Below are positions 28,504-38,091 of a DNA stretch of 64,000 nt, piece by piece (position 1 is the stretch's first letter; each line of letters opens with the position of its first letter). A model generated the notes under the pieces. It was not told where the DNA came from. It worked only from the letters and a program-made list of their open reading frames with translations, and did not search any database. Origin of the DNA: Blastocatellia bacterium (GTDB lineage Bacteria; Acidobacteriota; Blastocatellia; UBA7656); the NCBI GenBank assembly GCA_963765495.1, contig CAVXWP010000001.1, positions 320,001 to 384,000 of the forward strand, written 5' to 3'. The translations under genes were made by a program, and so were the position numbers.

Positions 28504-29748
28504 ATGAGGAGACCGCTTAGCGTTTTAGCAGCCGTCGTTTTCCTTGGGGCAGTCTGTTTTATCGCGCAGCCTGTGGGCCGCACGGATGATGCGAAAAAAG
28601 AGGAGAAGCCCCTCGTCACATTCAGCAAAGATGTCGCGCCGATATTTTTCAAGAACTGTGTGCAATGCCACCGTCCCGGAGAGATCGCGCCGATGTCGCT
28701 GTTGAGCTACAAGGAGGCCCGCCCGTGGGCGCGCTCGATAAAAGAGAAAGTCGTTACGGGCGATATGCCGCCGTGGCACGCCGACCCGCATTACGGCGAA
28801 TTTGTAAACGACCGCAGGCTCAGCCAGAAAGATGTTGAAACTATTTCGCAATGGGTCGAGCAGGGGGCAGTAGAAGGCAATCCGAAAGACATGCCTGCCG
28901 CGCCCGTCTTTCTCGACGGATGGAACATCGGCAAACCCGACGCGATCTTCTATCTGCCCGAAGAGTTCGCCGTGCCGAGCGAAGGCGAAGTGCCTTACAA
29001 ATACTTCAATGTGCCCACGAATTTCAAAGAAGACATGTGGGTGCAGGCGGCAGAGATTCGACCGGGCGAGCGTTCGGTCGTTCACCACATAATAGTATTT
29101 TCTCAAAAAGGGACCGAGCGAAAACTGCTTGCGGGGTATGCGCCCGGCGAGCAGCCCGCGATCATTCCAAAAGGGTTGGGCCGCAAGATACCTGCCGGGG
29201 CTACTCTCACCTTTCAGGTGCATTACACGCCAAACGGCAAAGCGACAAAAGACCGTTCGTATATCGGTTTGATCTTTGCCAAAGAGACGCCGAAGCACGA
29301 CATAATGACGCGCCCGATCATGAACGGGAAATTTGTGATTCCGCCGGGCAATCCGAGCTATAAGGTCGAATCGACTTACACCTTCAAGGAAGATGTGCAT
29401 ATCGTATCGCTTATGCCTCACATGCATTATCGAGGCAAAGACTTTGAGTATCGCATCACCTATCCCGACGGCAAATCCGAGGTGATTTTGTCGGTGCCGA
29501 AATATGATTTCGGCTGGCAGAGTTATTATCTGTTGAAGCAATCATTAGCCGCGCCCAAGGGCACGCGCATCGATTGCCTGGCGCATTTCGATAATTCGGC
29601 CAGAAACCGCTACAACCCCGACCCGACAAAAGAGGTCCGCTGGGGCGATCAAACATGGGAAGAGATGATGATCGGCTGGATCAGTTTCACTCGCGATAAC
29701 GAAGAGGAAAAGCAGTCGGATGTGGCTACGGCCGGGCAAAGTCAATAG
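28504..29748 (+). CDS. Secreted cytochrome c + PHM-type copper monooxygenase, paralogue 3
   Basis: CVQCH, VVHH, QVHY, PHMH and EEMM motifs. Confidence 0.8.
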   Translation: MRRPLSVLAAVVFLGAVCFIAQPVGRTDDAKKEEKPLVTFSKDVAPIFFKNCVQCHRPGEIAPMSLLSYKEARPWARSIKEKVVTGDMPPWHADPHYGEFVNDRRLSQKDVETISQWVEQGAVEGNPKDMPAAPVFLDGWNIGKPDAIFYLPEEFAVPSEGEVPYKYFNVPTNFKEDMWVQAAEIRPGERSVVHHIIVFSQKGTERKLLAGYAPGEQPAIIPKGLGRKIPAGATLTFQVHYTPNGKATKDRSYIGLIFAKETPKHDIMTRPIMNGKFVIPPGNPSYKVESTYTFKEDVHIVSLMPHMHYRGKDFEYRITYPDGKSEVILSVPKYDFGWQSYYLLKQSLAAPKGTRIDCLAHFDNSARNRYNPDPTKEVRWGDQTWEEMMIGWISFTRDNEEEKQSDVATAGQSQ

Positions 29749-29772
29749 AAGTATTCAGCCGATGAAATGACT

Positions 29773-29824
29773 AACTTAAAAGGGCCGATCCATCTCACGC
29801 AGATTGGGGAGGCCCTTTTAAGTT
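29773..29824. terminator. Stem-loop between paralogues 3 and 4
   Basis: aacttaaaagggcc ... ggcccttttaagtt, perfect 14-bp inverted repeat. Confidence 0.55.
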
Positions 29825-29865
29825 CAACAGACACGCAAAAGAGTATCTGTTCAGAAAGGAAAAAT

Positions 29866-29925
29866 GCCACAGAGACACAAAGGCACAGAGTTATTTTAAT
29901 AATCTTTTCTCTATGCCTCTGTGGC
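29866..29925. repeat. Palindromic element with 8-nt CACAGAG units, copy 2
   Basis: gccacagagacacaaaggcacagag...ctctatgcctctgtggc. Confidence 0.75.
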
Positions 29926-29961
29926 TAATGCTGAACCCTTTTGCAAAAGGAGAGATAAGGA

Positions 29962-31197
29962 ATGCGACATGCAAAAGCAAAAAGGCAGAGTTACAAATGG
30001 ATGTTTCTTGTATTGTTACTTTTGCCTTTTGCTCTCGTGCTGTGGCCGAACGCCTCAAGCGCGCACGAACCTATCACTACAAAGATATTGTTCAACAAGG
30101 ATGTAGTTCGCATATTCAAGCGAAATTGTCTGGGCTGCCATCATCCGGGAGGAATAGCGCCGTGGTCGCTTGTGACCTATGAAGAGGCCCGACCGTGGGC
30201 CAAGGCCATCAAGGAAGAGTTGCTCGAACAGCGCATGCCGCCCTGGCATCTGATGAAGGGCTACGGCGATTTCAGCAATGCTCCGGCGCTTACACAACGC
30301 GACATTGACATGATAGTGAACTGGGTAGAAGGGGGCGCGCCTCCCGGTAAACTGGAACTCCTGCCGAAAGAGCCTCTGGTTTCGACCGACTGGCAACTGG
30401 GCGAGCCTGATCTAGTATTAAAGGCCGAAGCCGCGCACAAAGTGGCATCAGACGCCGATGAATATTGCGACATCGACTTGCAGGCGAAATTGACCGAAGA
30501 CCGATGGGTCACGGCCGTTGATGTGCAACCGGGCAACGGGTCGGTCGTTCACTGCGCTACGATTTATGTCGAGCCTGAGAAAGGGCCGCGTTATACGCTT
30601 GGCACGTGGATGCCCGGTCAAAGGACCGTTCGATTGCCCGAAGGCACGGCTCAATTAATCCCGTCTGGTGCGCGCGTCAATCTTAAAGTTCACTATCACG
30701 GAGCGGGCGAAGATACCGAAGACCTGAGCGCGGTCGGGCTGTACTTTGCCGATTCGCAGGTTCAAAAGCAGACGCGCGAGGTTGAGGTCACAAACTCGAA
30801 CGCAGTGATACCAACAGGTTCGACGCCGCAGCGCGTCAAGGCCGAATACACCCTGGAAGACGCGGCAGAAGCTGTAGCGGTAAGACCCTCGGTTAATCCG
30901 CTTGTGATTTCGCTTCAGGCCACCGCGTACCGGCCCGACGGCACCGAAGAAGTGCTTGTGTGGACACGCGGCTATAAATTCGACTGGCAACCGACATATA
31001 TCTATAAGCAACCTGTCGCTCTGCCCAAAGGCACTAGAATCGAAGTGATAGCCTATTTCGACAACTCCGAAACGAACAGCAACAACCCGAACACGCCGCC
31101 GAAAGAAGTGCGATGGTCCGAAGTCTCTTCGCAATCGCTCTGCGCGGTCCTGGTCGCAACCAACCTCAACAATAAAGACGTGGCAGGCCGCAGATAA
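29962..31197 (+). CDS. Cytochrome c + PHM-like protein, paralogue 4 (copper ligands degenerate)
   Basis: CLGCH and MPPW kept; VVHC replaces HH, PSVN replaces PHMH, and EM(M) is absent. Confidence 0.75.
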   Translation: MRHAKAKRQSYKWMFLVLLLLPFALVLWPNASSAHEPITTKILFNKDVVRIFKRNCLGCHHPGGIAPWSLVTYEEARPWAKAIKEELLEQRMPPWHLMKGYGDFSNAPALTQRDIDMIVNWVEGGAPPGKLELLPKEPLVSTDWQLGEPDLVLKAEAAHKVASDADEYCDIDLQAKLTEDRWVTAVDVQPGNGSVVHCATIYVEPEKGPRYTLGTWMPGQRTVRLPEGTAQLIPSGARVNLKVHYHGAGEDTEDLSAVGLYFADSQVQKQTREVEVTNSNAVIPTGSTPQRVKAEYTLEDAAEAVAVRPSVNPLVISLQATAYRPDGTEEVLVWTRGYKFDWQPTYIYKQPVALPKGTRIEVIAYFDNSETNSNNPNTPPKEVRWSEVSSQSLCAVLVATNLNNKDVAGRR

Positions 31198-31235
31198 TAA
31201 TCTCGCCGGGCAGGCGAGCAAGAGCGCGGCTTCTG

Positions 31236-31772
31236 TCACGTCTGCTCGGGCTCTGCGCGTTTGTCCGCGTATCGTCTTATAAAAAAGACCGTCAAAAAGA
31301 TCGGGCCGAATATCAGCAATTCATAGAAGCTGATTCTGAAGGCTCTTTTTATCTCGTCGGCGAGCGGCTGGAGATTTGAGCCGGGGAAGAATTCGAAGTA
31401 CTCTATCAGCCCGAGTTTGAAGTCGTGCGTAGAGAAAGGCCACAGCAACATGACTCCGCCCCATGTCTTGCTCGTGGCTGCATCAAGCAATGCGTGCAAG
31501 AAAGTGGCCGATCCAAAGACCACGATTTCTCTGAGGTGAAACCTGCCCATGACGGCGGCGGCCAGAAAGCCTGCGGCTACGGCAAAGGTGATTGAATGAG
31601 AGAAACTGCCGTGCCAGCCTACGCCGAAACCGAGCACCCATCGAAAGAACAGATCGAAGTCGGGGCAGATGCCTATGAAAGCCCCCATCAAAAGAGCTTT
31701 CCAATCGGGGTTGCGCGATGAAGAAGCTACGACGCTTGCCCCCATAAATCCGTGCGCTACGGGAAGTGGCAT
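31236..31772 (-). CDS. Membrane metal-dependent hydrolase (YdjM-like)
   Basis: MPLPVAH, PDFD, HGSFSHS, HALLD and LLWPF motifs; true start 31772. Confidence 0.85.
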   Translation of the reverse strand: MPLPVAHGFMGASVVASSSRNPDWKALLMGAFIGICPDFDLFFRWVLGFGVGWHGSFSHSITFAVAAGFLAAAVMGRFHLREIVVFGSATFLHALLDAATSKTWGGVMLLWPFSTHDFKLGLIEYFEFFPGSNLQPLADEIKRAFRISFYELLIFGPIFLTVFFIRRYADKRAEPEQT

Positions 31773-31788
31773 AGTCGGATGTATCCTA

Positions 31789-31814
31789 ATACCAAATCTC
31801 TTCAGACAGAGGCG
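31789..31814. mobile_element. Partial copy of the MITE left end seen at 6092
   Basis: ataccaaatctcttcagacagaggcg matches 6092-6117 at 23 of 26 nt. Confidence 0.5.
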
Positions 31815-31888
31815 ATAAAGATCATATATCCCCGCAAAGTTTTCCCTGAAAATAAAATGCCGCTGATCGTAAGATGATCGACAGTCGC

Positions 31889-32302
31889 CTACCCGGAGGA
31901 TCTGTCGAGTTGAACAAGAGTGCTTTGCTCGGGTTCGGCTTTTCCCATCTCGACTCGCCACAAGCAATCGGCCACGCCTAATGGACCGTCCATGCTCCCG
32001 TCGTAATCGCGGCACATCTGCGGGCGCGTATCATAGACGCCGCAGACATACTCTGTCATTCCGTTTTCGGTCTTGCGTTCCTGAAGCGCATCGCATCGTT
32101 TCGGGATAGTGAAGTAATAATCGGTCGAAAACTCGCTTTGGACGTAATCGATCTTCAGCCCGTGAAGTTCCATCCAGCGTATTTCATCGCGTGACTCGTC
32201 ATCGACCTCGCCACCGAAAAAGGTCATCGCCCTACAGCACTTGCCGCATTGCAAACAGAGTTCGGATTTTCGCTTTGCCGATAGCCTTTTTGTCTTTTTC
32301 AT
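31889..32302 (-). CDS. YkgJ-family CxxCxxCC cysteine-cluster protein
   Basis: CLQCGKCC...C...CGVYDTRPQMCRDY. Confidence 0.88.
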   Translation of the reverse strand: MKKTKRLSAKRKSELCLQCGKCCRAMTFFGGEVDDESRDEIRWMELHGLKIDYVQSEFSTDYYFTIPKRCDALQERKTENGMTEYVCGVYDTRPQMCRDYDGSMDGPLGVADCLWRVEMGKAEPEQSTLVQLDRSSG

Positions 32303-32319
32303 AGCAACTCAAACAATAG

Positions 32320-32387
32320 CAGGATTAAAAAAAATAGACAGGATAAACATCAATCTTGTTCATCCTGTCTAAACCCTGTGAATCCTG
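32320..32387. repeat. ACAGGAT palindromic element, copy 1
   Basis: caggatt...gacaggat...atcctgtc...aatcctg. Confidence 0.65.
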
Positions 32388-32406
32388 GTCCGGCCTTATA
32401 AATTCA

Positions 32407-35181
32407 TCACGCCGTATGCGAGATCGATTGCTCTGAGCCGAGCGCTGCCTGCGCTGCCGCGAGCCTCGCGATTGGCACGCGATAAGGCGAGCAGGAAACA
32501 TAGCTCAATCCCACCCGGTCGCAGAAGCCCACCGACGAAGGCTCACCGCCGTGCTCGCCGCAGATTCCTACCTTCAAATCCTTGCGCGTTGATCGCCCTT
32601 TTTCGGTTCCCATCTTTACAAGCTGGCCTACGCCCTCCTGATCGAGTACCTGGAACGGATCGTTTTTGAAGATGCGGTTCTCGACATAAAACGGCAGGAA
32701 TTTGCCCGAATCGTCACGCGATATGCCGTAGGTGGTCTGAGTCAGATCGTTTGTCCCAAACGAGAAGAACTCTGCTACTTCGGCTATTTTATCGGCGGTA
32801 AGGGCCGCACGCGGAAGCTCTATCATAGTGCCTACGAGATACTCGATATGCTGTTTGCTCTTTGCCATCACTTCACCGGCGACGCGGCGAACCACATCGG
32901 TCTGAAGTCGCAGTTCGATCACATCCGAGACGAGCGGGATCATGATTTCAGGCAGGACTTTCACGCCGCGAGCCTGCACACGGGCCGCCGCCTCGAATAT
33001 CGCGCGCGCCTGCATCTCGGTTATTTCAGGATAGACGACGCCCAGCCGACAGCCGCGATGGCCGAGCATAGGGTTGGCTTCGTGCAACGCCTGAATTCGT
33101 TCCCAGAGGTGCGCGGGCTTGACCCTGAGCTTGCGCGCGAGCTTGCGCGTCCCCTCTTCGTCGTGGGGCAGAAATTCGTGCAGAGGCGGATCGAGCGTGC
33201 GAATTGTGACCGGCAGTCCGTCCATTGCGCGGAAGATGCCCTCGAAATCCTTTCGCTGAAGCTTGAGCAATTCGGCAAGACCGCCTTTATACAATCGCCT
33301 TGGCTCTTCGATGGCTTTCTTGATTTTCTTGCGCCGCCTCTTAAATTCTTCGAGTTTCTTTGGCGAAGAGGCCCGGCTTATCTCTGCGTCGGCCACCGCG
33401 AGGTCGCGTTCGAGTCGCTTGTATTCGAGCGAGCCGAGTATCATCTGGCGCACATAATCTATGCGGTTTCCCTCGAAAAACATGTGCTCGGTGCGGCAAA
33501 GCCCGATGCCTTCGGCTCCAAACTCGCGCGCTACCTTTGCATCGCCCGGTGTGTCTGCGTTTGTGCGCACGCGCATACGGCGATGCTTGTCGGCCCACTC
33601 CATCAACTGATGGAAATCGTCTCCAAGCTTGGGATCGATGAGCGGGGCCTGACCTTCGATCACGCGACCCGAGGTTCCGTCTATCGTTATCCAATCGCCC
33701 TGTTTGACGCGGGTGCCGTTTACGGCAAATTCGTTTTTGGCATAATGGATCGAGATTTCGCCCGCGCCGACTATGCAGGGTTTGCCCCATCCTCGCGCCA
33801 CGACAGCAGCGTGACTGGTCGGGCCGCCCGTGGATGTGAGTATCGCCTGCGCCGCGTCCATGCCGCGCACATCTTCGGGCGAAGTCTCGTGACGGACGAG
33901 GATTACCGGTTCGCCTTTTGCGGCCCATTCTTCGGCTTCCTTCGGAGTAAACACTACGCGGCCCACGGCAGCGCCGGGGCTTGCGTTTATGCCCTGAGTC
34001 AGGACTTTGACCGCGCCTTTCGGGTCTATCATCTTGTGAAGCAGTTGATCGAGATCGCCCGCAGGTACTCTGAGCACGGCCGTCGGTTCGTCTATCAATC
34101 CTTCGCGGGCCATATCGACCGCGACCTTTACGGCGGCAGGCCCTGTGCGCTTGCCGTTTCTCGTCTGGAGCATCCAGAGCTTGCCACGCTCGATTGTGAA
34201 CTCCAAATCCTGCATGTCGCGATAGTGGCGTTCGAGCTTGTTGGCTACTTCGACAAACTCGTTATAGATTTCGGGCATGTCGTTCTTTAGCTCATCAATG
34301 TGCTTGGGCGTGCGGATGCCCGCTACCACGTCTTCGCCCTGAGCGTTGGTCAGATAATCGCCGAAAAGCTGTTTCTCGCCCGTAGCCGGGTTGCGCGTAA
34401 AAGCTACGCCCGTGCCGCTGTCGTTTCCCATATTGCCGAAGACCATGGTGACTACGTTGACAGCCGTTCCCAGATCATCGGGTATCTTTTCTCTGCGGCG
34501 ATATGCTATAGCGCGGTCGCCGTTCCAGGACCGAAAGACCGCCTTGACCGACTCTTCAAGCTGACGGAGAGGATCGGTAGGGAACTCCGCGCCGGTCTCG
34601 CGCCGAACTATGGCTTTGAAATCTTCCGAGACCTTTTTGAGGTGTTCTGCCGTCAGATCGGTGTCGAGCTTTGCCTTTGCCTTTCGCTTGGTCTCGCTGA
34701 GAGAGTGCTCGAACAACTCTGCGTCTATGCCGAGCACTATCTTGCCGAACATCTGTATAAAACGGCGGTAGGCGTCGTATGCGAACCGCTCGTTTGATGT
34801 GAGCGCGGCCAGACCCTTCAGGGTTTCGTCGTTGAGGCCGAGGTTCAGCACAGTATCCATCATCCCGGGCATCGAGAATTTCGCGCCTGACCTCACAGAG
34901 ACAAGCAGGGGGTTCGAGGGGTCGCCGAATTTCTTGCCCGTGGCGCGTTCTACTTTTGCGAGCGCCTTCAGGGACTGGTCCCACATCCCCTCGGGAAACT
35001 GCGCGCCCACCTCATAGTAGGCATTGCAAGCCTCGGTAGTAATCGTAAAACCTGGGGGCACGGGCAGACCCGCATTGGTCATTTCGGCAAGCCCCGCGCC
35101 CTTCCCGCCGAGCAAATCTTTCATGTCGCCGCGCCCGTCGGCCTTGCCGTTTGCAAACAGATAAACATATTTCTTTGCCAT
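32407..35181 (-). CDS. ppdK: Pyruvate, phosphate dikinase
   Basis: LLGGKGAGLAEM, SVRSGA, TSHAAVVARG, GLCRTEHMF, FSFGTNDLTQ and GICGEHGG motifs. Confidence 0.97.
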   Translation of the reverse strand: MAKKYVYLFANGKADGRGDMKDLLGGKGAGLAEMTNAGLPVPPGFTITTEACNAYYEVGAQFPEGMWDQSLKALAKVERATGKKFGDPSNPLLVSVRSGAKFSMPGMMDTVLNLGLNDETLKGLAALTSNERFAYDAYRRFIQMFGKIVLGIDAELFEHSLSETKRKAKAKLDTDLTAEHLKKVSEDFKAIVRRETGAEFPTDPLRQLEESVKAVFRSWNGDRAIAYRRREKIPDDLGTAVNVVTMVFGNMGNDSGTGVAFTRNPATGEKQLFGDYLTNAQGEDVVAGIRTPKHIDELKNDMPEIYNEFVEVANKLERHYRDMQDLEFTIERGKLWMLQTRNGKRTGPAAVKVAVDMAREGLIDEPTAVLRVPAGDLDQLLHKMIDPKGAVKVLTQGINASPGAAVGRVVFTPKEAEEWAAKGEPVILVRHETSPEDVRGMDAAQAILTSTGGPTSHAAVVARGWGKPCIVGAGEISIHYAKNEFAVNGTRVKQGDWITIDGTSGRVIEGQAPLIDPKLGDDFHQLMEWADKHRRMRVRTNADTPGDAKVAREFGAEGIGLCRTEHMFFEGNRIDYVRQMILGSLEYKRLERDLAVADAEISRASSPKKLEEFKRRRKKIKKAIEEPRRLYKGGLAELLKLQRKDFEGIFRAMDGLPVTIRTLDPPLHEFLPHDEEGTRKLARKLRVKPAHLWERIQALHEANPMLGHRGCRLGVVYPEITEMQARAIFEAAARVQARGVKVLPEIMIPLVSDVIELRLQTDVVRRVAGEVMAKSKQHIEYLVGTMIELPRAALTADKIAEVAEFFSFGTNDLTQTTYGISRDDSGKFLPFYVENRIFKNDPFQVLDQEGVGQLVKMGTEKGRSTRKDLKVGICGEHGGEPSSVGFCDRVGLSYVSCSPYRVPIARLAAAQAALGSEQSISHTA

Positions 35182-35419
35182 TTAATTGGTCTCCTGTGCT
35201 GATCACCTGTCGAAAAGATGATTCGTCAAAGATTGTTGAAAGTAGTAAGAAAAAGTCAAACTTATCGAATACTGGAAAGCGGTGCGGCTTGTCAAGTGGG
35301 CGCGGTTTTGAGCCGCTTAATGTTTGCGGAATTTATCGCGCAAGAAGCAACGCTTATCAATCGAACGAGTCGGGTGCTGCGGGCTGCCAAGCGGGGGCCA
35401 GTGATCTGCGTGCTATCTG

Positions 35420-36910
35420 TTACTTCCCATCCGAAGCCGCCTCAAACGATGTCAGCATATAAGTCATCCCGCCTCGCTTGAGGCGAACCGGAATTCCGAG
35501 CTTTGTCTCTGTCCACCATTCGCTGATCTCTTCGCCGGGCTTGCTTGTGAAATGTTTGGCGCGAAATTCCCCGGCGGGCACGCGAAATGTCTCTTCTCCC
35601 AAACTCTTATAGTCTGTTGAGACAAGCGTGCCCACGGTGGCTGCGAAATCTTGCGGCGCTATAAATTCGGCTAGTCTGTCACGTTCTTTGTCGGATGCCC
35701 GTGCCTGGTTAAACCCTTCGGCCGCTACGGATGGAGAGGAAAATATCATGCGGCCCGGCACGTTCAAAGTTTGCTCTACGGCTCCCGACAGGTTGCCGCG
35801 CAACCTGGCCGTCAAAGTGTCGCCGCCTATGTTATAGCGGGCGCGGGTCACATCGTCCGCGCGATGTTTCGTGATTTCGATGAAGTTCGGCTGGCGGTTG
35901 GCATCGCTTCTTTGAAAGACCTCGGTGGCAAGTTCGCCGGATTCTATCCGACTGTGCAGGAGGTATCCGCCGTCTGATGTGCGATAGAGTTCCCAGGTTT
36001 CGGTTCCGCATTCTTTACTGTCGCTCGTGCGGCAGAGATAAGCGCCGTGAGCGATTTCAGCCCCGCGTGACCATCTGCCTTTATGCTCCTGAAGCCTACC
36101 GGCAAGGATGTCGGCAAGCTCTTTTTCTGCGGTGTCGGCGGCAGGCGTCTCGACCATTCGGCCAAGCTCGTGCCCTTCGCGCTCGACAATCATCGTGGGA
36201 ACATTGATCACACGTCGCGATTGAATCGTATCAAGCGGGTTCTGGAATTGATTGTCTATGCCTATGAGCAAGACGTGCAGGTGATCGTTTCCGGCCGCCT
36301 TTAAAGTCTTGAGCAGTTTCGGCACATAGTTCTTGCTGTCGGGGCACCACGTTCCAAACAGAAGCGTCACGGTAGTATCTTTGTCGGCGGCCTTGAGCGC
36401 GGATACAGTCTCGGGCGCGGGCTTATAATTTTCCATAGCCGCGTGCCAGACGGGCACGGTCTCCCATAATTGCTGTTCGCTCATTTCGCCCACTCTTCCG
36501 GGATGGCGGCGCACGAGCACAGATTTTTTGTTGACCGAAAGCAGGTATGTAGAGCTGTCGAGCCGGGTAAAGGTTCCCGCATTCTGCGCGGGAGCCTCCG
36601 CCTCAGAGGTCGCGGACTCGCGATCCGAAGCGAATCGAAATGCCTCTTTCGCCATCGTAGTGAATGTGCCTTCGGCGGTATTGAGCACGACTGCGCGGTC
36701 GAGTTTCGATGCGATTACAGCCATCTTTTTATGATCATCTGAGAACAAAACCTGCGCGGCAGGGTCAAGCTCTCCTTCGACAAATACATCGCGGGTCGAA
36801 TCGCTCCAACTGCTCGTGCCCGCCTTTCCCGCCTGCGCTGCGGCTGTTTTCAGGCAGACTGTCGTCAAACAGGTGGCTGTCATCAATATCAGGACCGTGA
36901 TTCTCTTCAT
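35420..36910 (-). CDS. Secreted protein with central thioredoxin-like (WCPDS) domain
   Basis: Signal peptide; FGTWCPDS...VPT; C-terminal beta-rich domain (VPAGEFRAKHF). Confidence 0.7.
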   Translation of the reverse strand: MKRITVLILMTATCLTTVCLKTAAAQAGKAGTSSWSDSTRDVFVEGELDPAAQVLFSDDHKKMAVIASKLDRAVVLNTAEGTFTTMAKEAFRFASDRESATSEAEAPAQNAGTFTRLDSSTYLLSVNKKSVLVRRHPGRVGEMSEQQLWETVPVWHAAMENYKPAPETVSALKAADKDTTVTLLFGTWCPDSKNYVPKLLKTLKAAGNDHLHVLLIGIDNQFQNPLDTIQSRRVINVPTMIVEREGHELGRMVETPAADTAEKELADILAGRLQEHKGRWSRGAEIAHGAYLCRTSDSKECGTETWELYRTSDGGYLLHSRIESGELATEVFQRSDANRQPNFIEITKHRADDVTRARYNIGGDTLTARLRGNLSGAVEQTLNVPGRMIFSSPSVAAEGFNQARASDKERDRLAEFIAPQDFAATVGTLVSTDYKSLGEETFRVPAGEFRAKHFTSKPGEEISEWWTETKLGIPVRLKRGGMTYMLTSFEAASDGK

Positions 36911-37107
36911 AAAATCTCGCTTTCGATAAATAAGAATATCGGCTATGGATATACGCGCCGTTTCGATTCGAGGCTACAGCGCCGGACTGATTCAGCATAT
37001 TAAAGCCGTCTCTTGATAGCAAATCGAGGCGCGGTTAAGCTAGAATTCTTCGGGCTCGGGCGAGAAAGGGTTGAAGTTGCCTGCGCCAGTTGAGAGGATA
37101 ATAGCCG

Positions 37108-38091
37108 ATGATTAAAAAAGTTCTGATAGCCAAGCCGCGCGGGTTTTGCGCGGGCGTAGTGCGCGCAATTGATATAGTCGAACGGGCGCTTGAGATGTTT
37201 CCCTCGCCTATTTATGTCTTTCATGAAATAGTTCACAACCGCTATATCGTAGACAGCCTCAGCCAGCGCGGCGTGGTTTTCGTAGACAGCCTCGACGAAG
37301 TGCCCGCCGGAGAGATAGTCATCTTCAGCGCGCACGGAGTTTCGCCCCAGATTCGCGATACAGCCACGGCTAAGACTTTGAACATGATTGATGCCACCTG
37401 CCCGCTTGTTACAAAGGTGCACCTTGAGGCGATCAGATTCGCCCGCCAGGATTATTCGATAATACTCATAGGACATCCCGGCCACGAAGAGGTGGAAGGC
37501 ACTATGGGCGAAGCGCCCATGCAACTGGTAAGCACGGTCGAGGAAGCCGAATCGCTCGAAGTGCCCGATCCCGAAAGGGTCGTCTATATCACTCAAACTA
37601 CTTTGAGCCTGGATGATGTGGCACAGATAGTCGAGGCATTAAAACGGAGATTTCCGAAGCTGAAAGCTCCTGCAAAAGATGACATCTGTTATGCCACGCA
37701 GAACCGTCAGAACGCGGTCAGGGACATAGCCGACCGGGTGGATGTCCTGCTTGTTGTAGGCTCGCAAAACAGTTCGAATTCCCAGCGTCTGCGCGAAGTC
37801 GCTCTGGCCTCGGGCACACCTTCCTATCTGGTCAACGACGAAACCGAGATCGACCCCGAATGGCTGACGGATGCGGAAGTAGTGGGCGTAACGGCGGGAG
37901 CATCGGCCCCGGAAGAGCTTACATCCCGCGTGCTGGAGCATTTGCGCTCGCTCGGCGCTGCCGAGATTGAAGTGATGAGTGGCGAAGACGAAGACGTTCA
38001 TTTCGCCCTGCCGCAGGAATTGTTGAGCACCGTGCAGTTGACGATTGAAAGCAAGCCTAAAGAATTACGAAGATCGTATGAGCAACCCTGA
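37108..38091 (+). CDS. ispH: 4-hydroxy-3-methylbut-2-enyl diphosphate reductase
   Basis: PRGFCAGV, SAHG, DATCPLV, ICYATQNRQ, SSNS and TAGASAPE motifs. Confidence 0.97.
   Translation: MIKKVLIAKPRGFCAGVVRAIDIVERALEMFPSPIYVFHEIVHNRYIVDSLSQRGVVFVDSLDEVPAGEIVIFSAHGVSPQIRDTATAKTLNMIDATCPLVTKVHLEAIRFARQDYSIILIGHPGHEEVEGTMGEAPMQLVSTVEEAESLEVPDPERVVYITQTTLSLDDVAQIVEALKRRFPKLKAPAKDDICYATQNRQNAVRDIADRVDVLLVVGSQNSSNSQRLREVALASGTPSYLVNDETEIDPEWLTDAEVVGVTAGASAPEELTSRVLEHLRSLGAAEIEVMSGEDEDVHFALPQELLSTVQLTIESKPKELRRSYEQP

Noticed and set aside
32848-34290. 480-aa plus-strand ORF, and other long antisense ORFs (28525-29541, 47955-49034, 441-1043)
   Set aside because: Shadows of well-supported genes on the opposite strand in GC-rich DNA; no motifs
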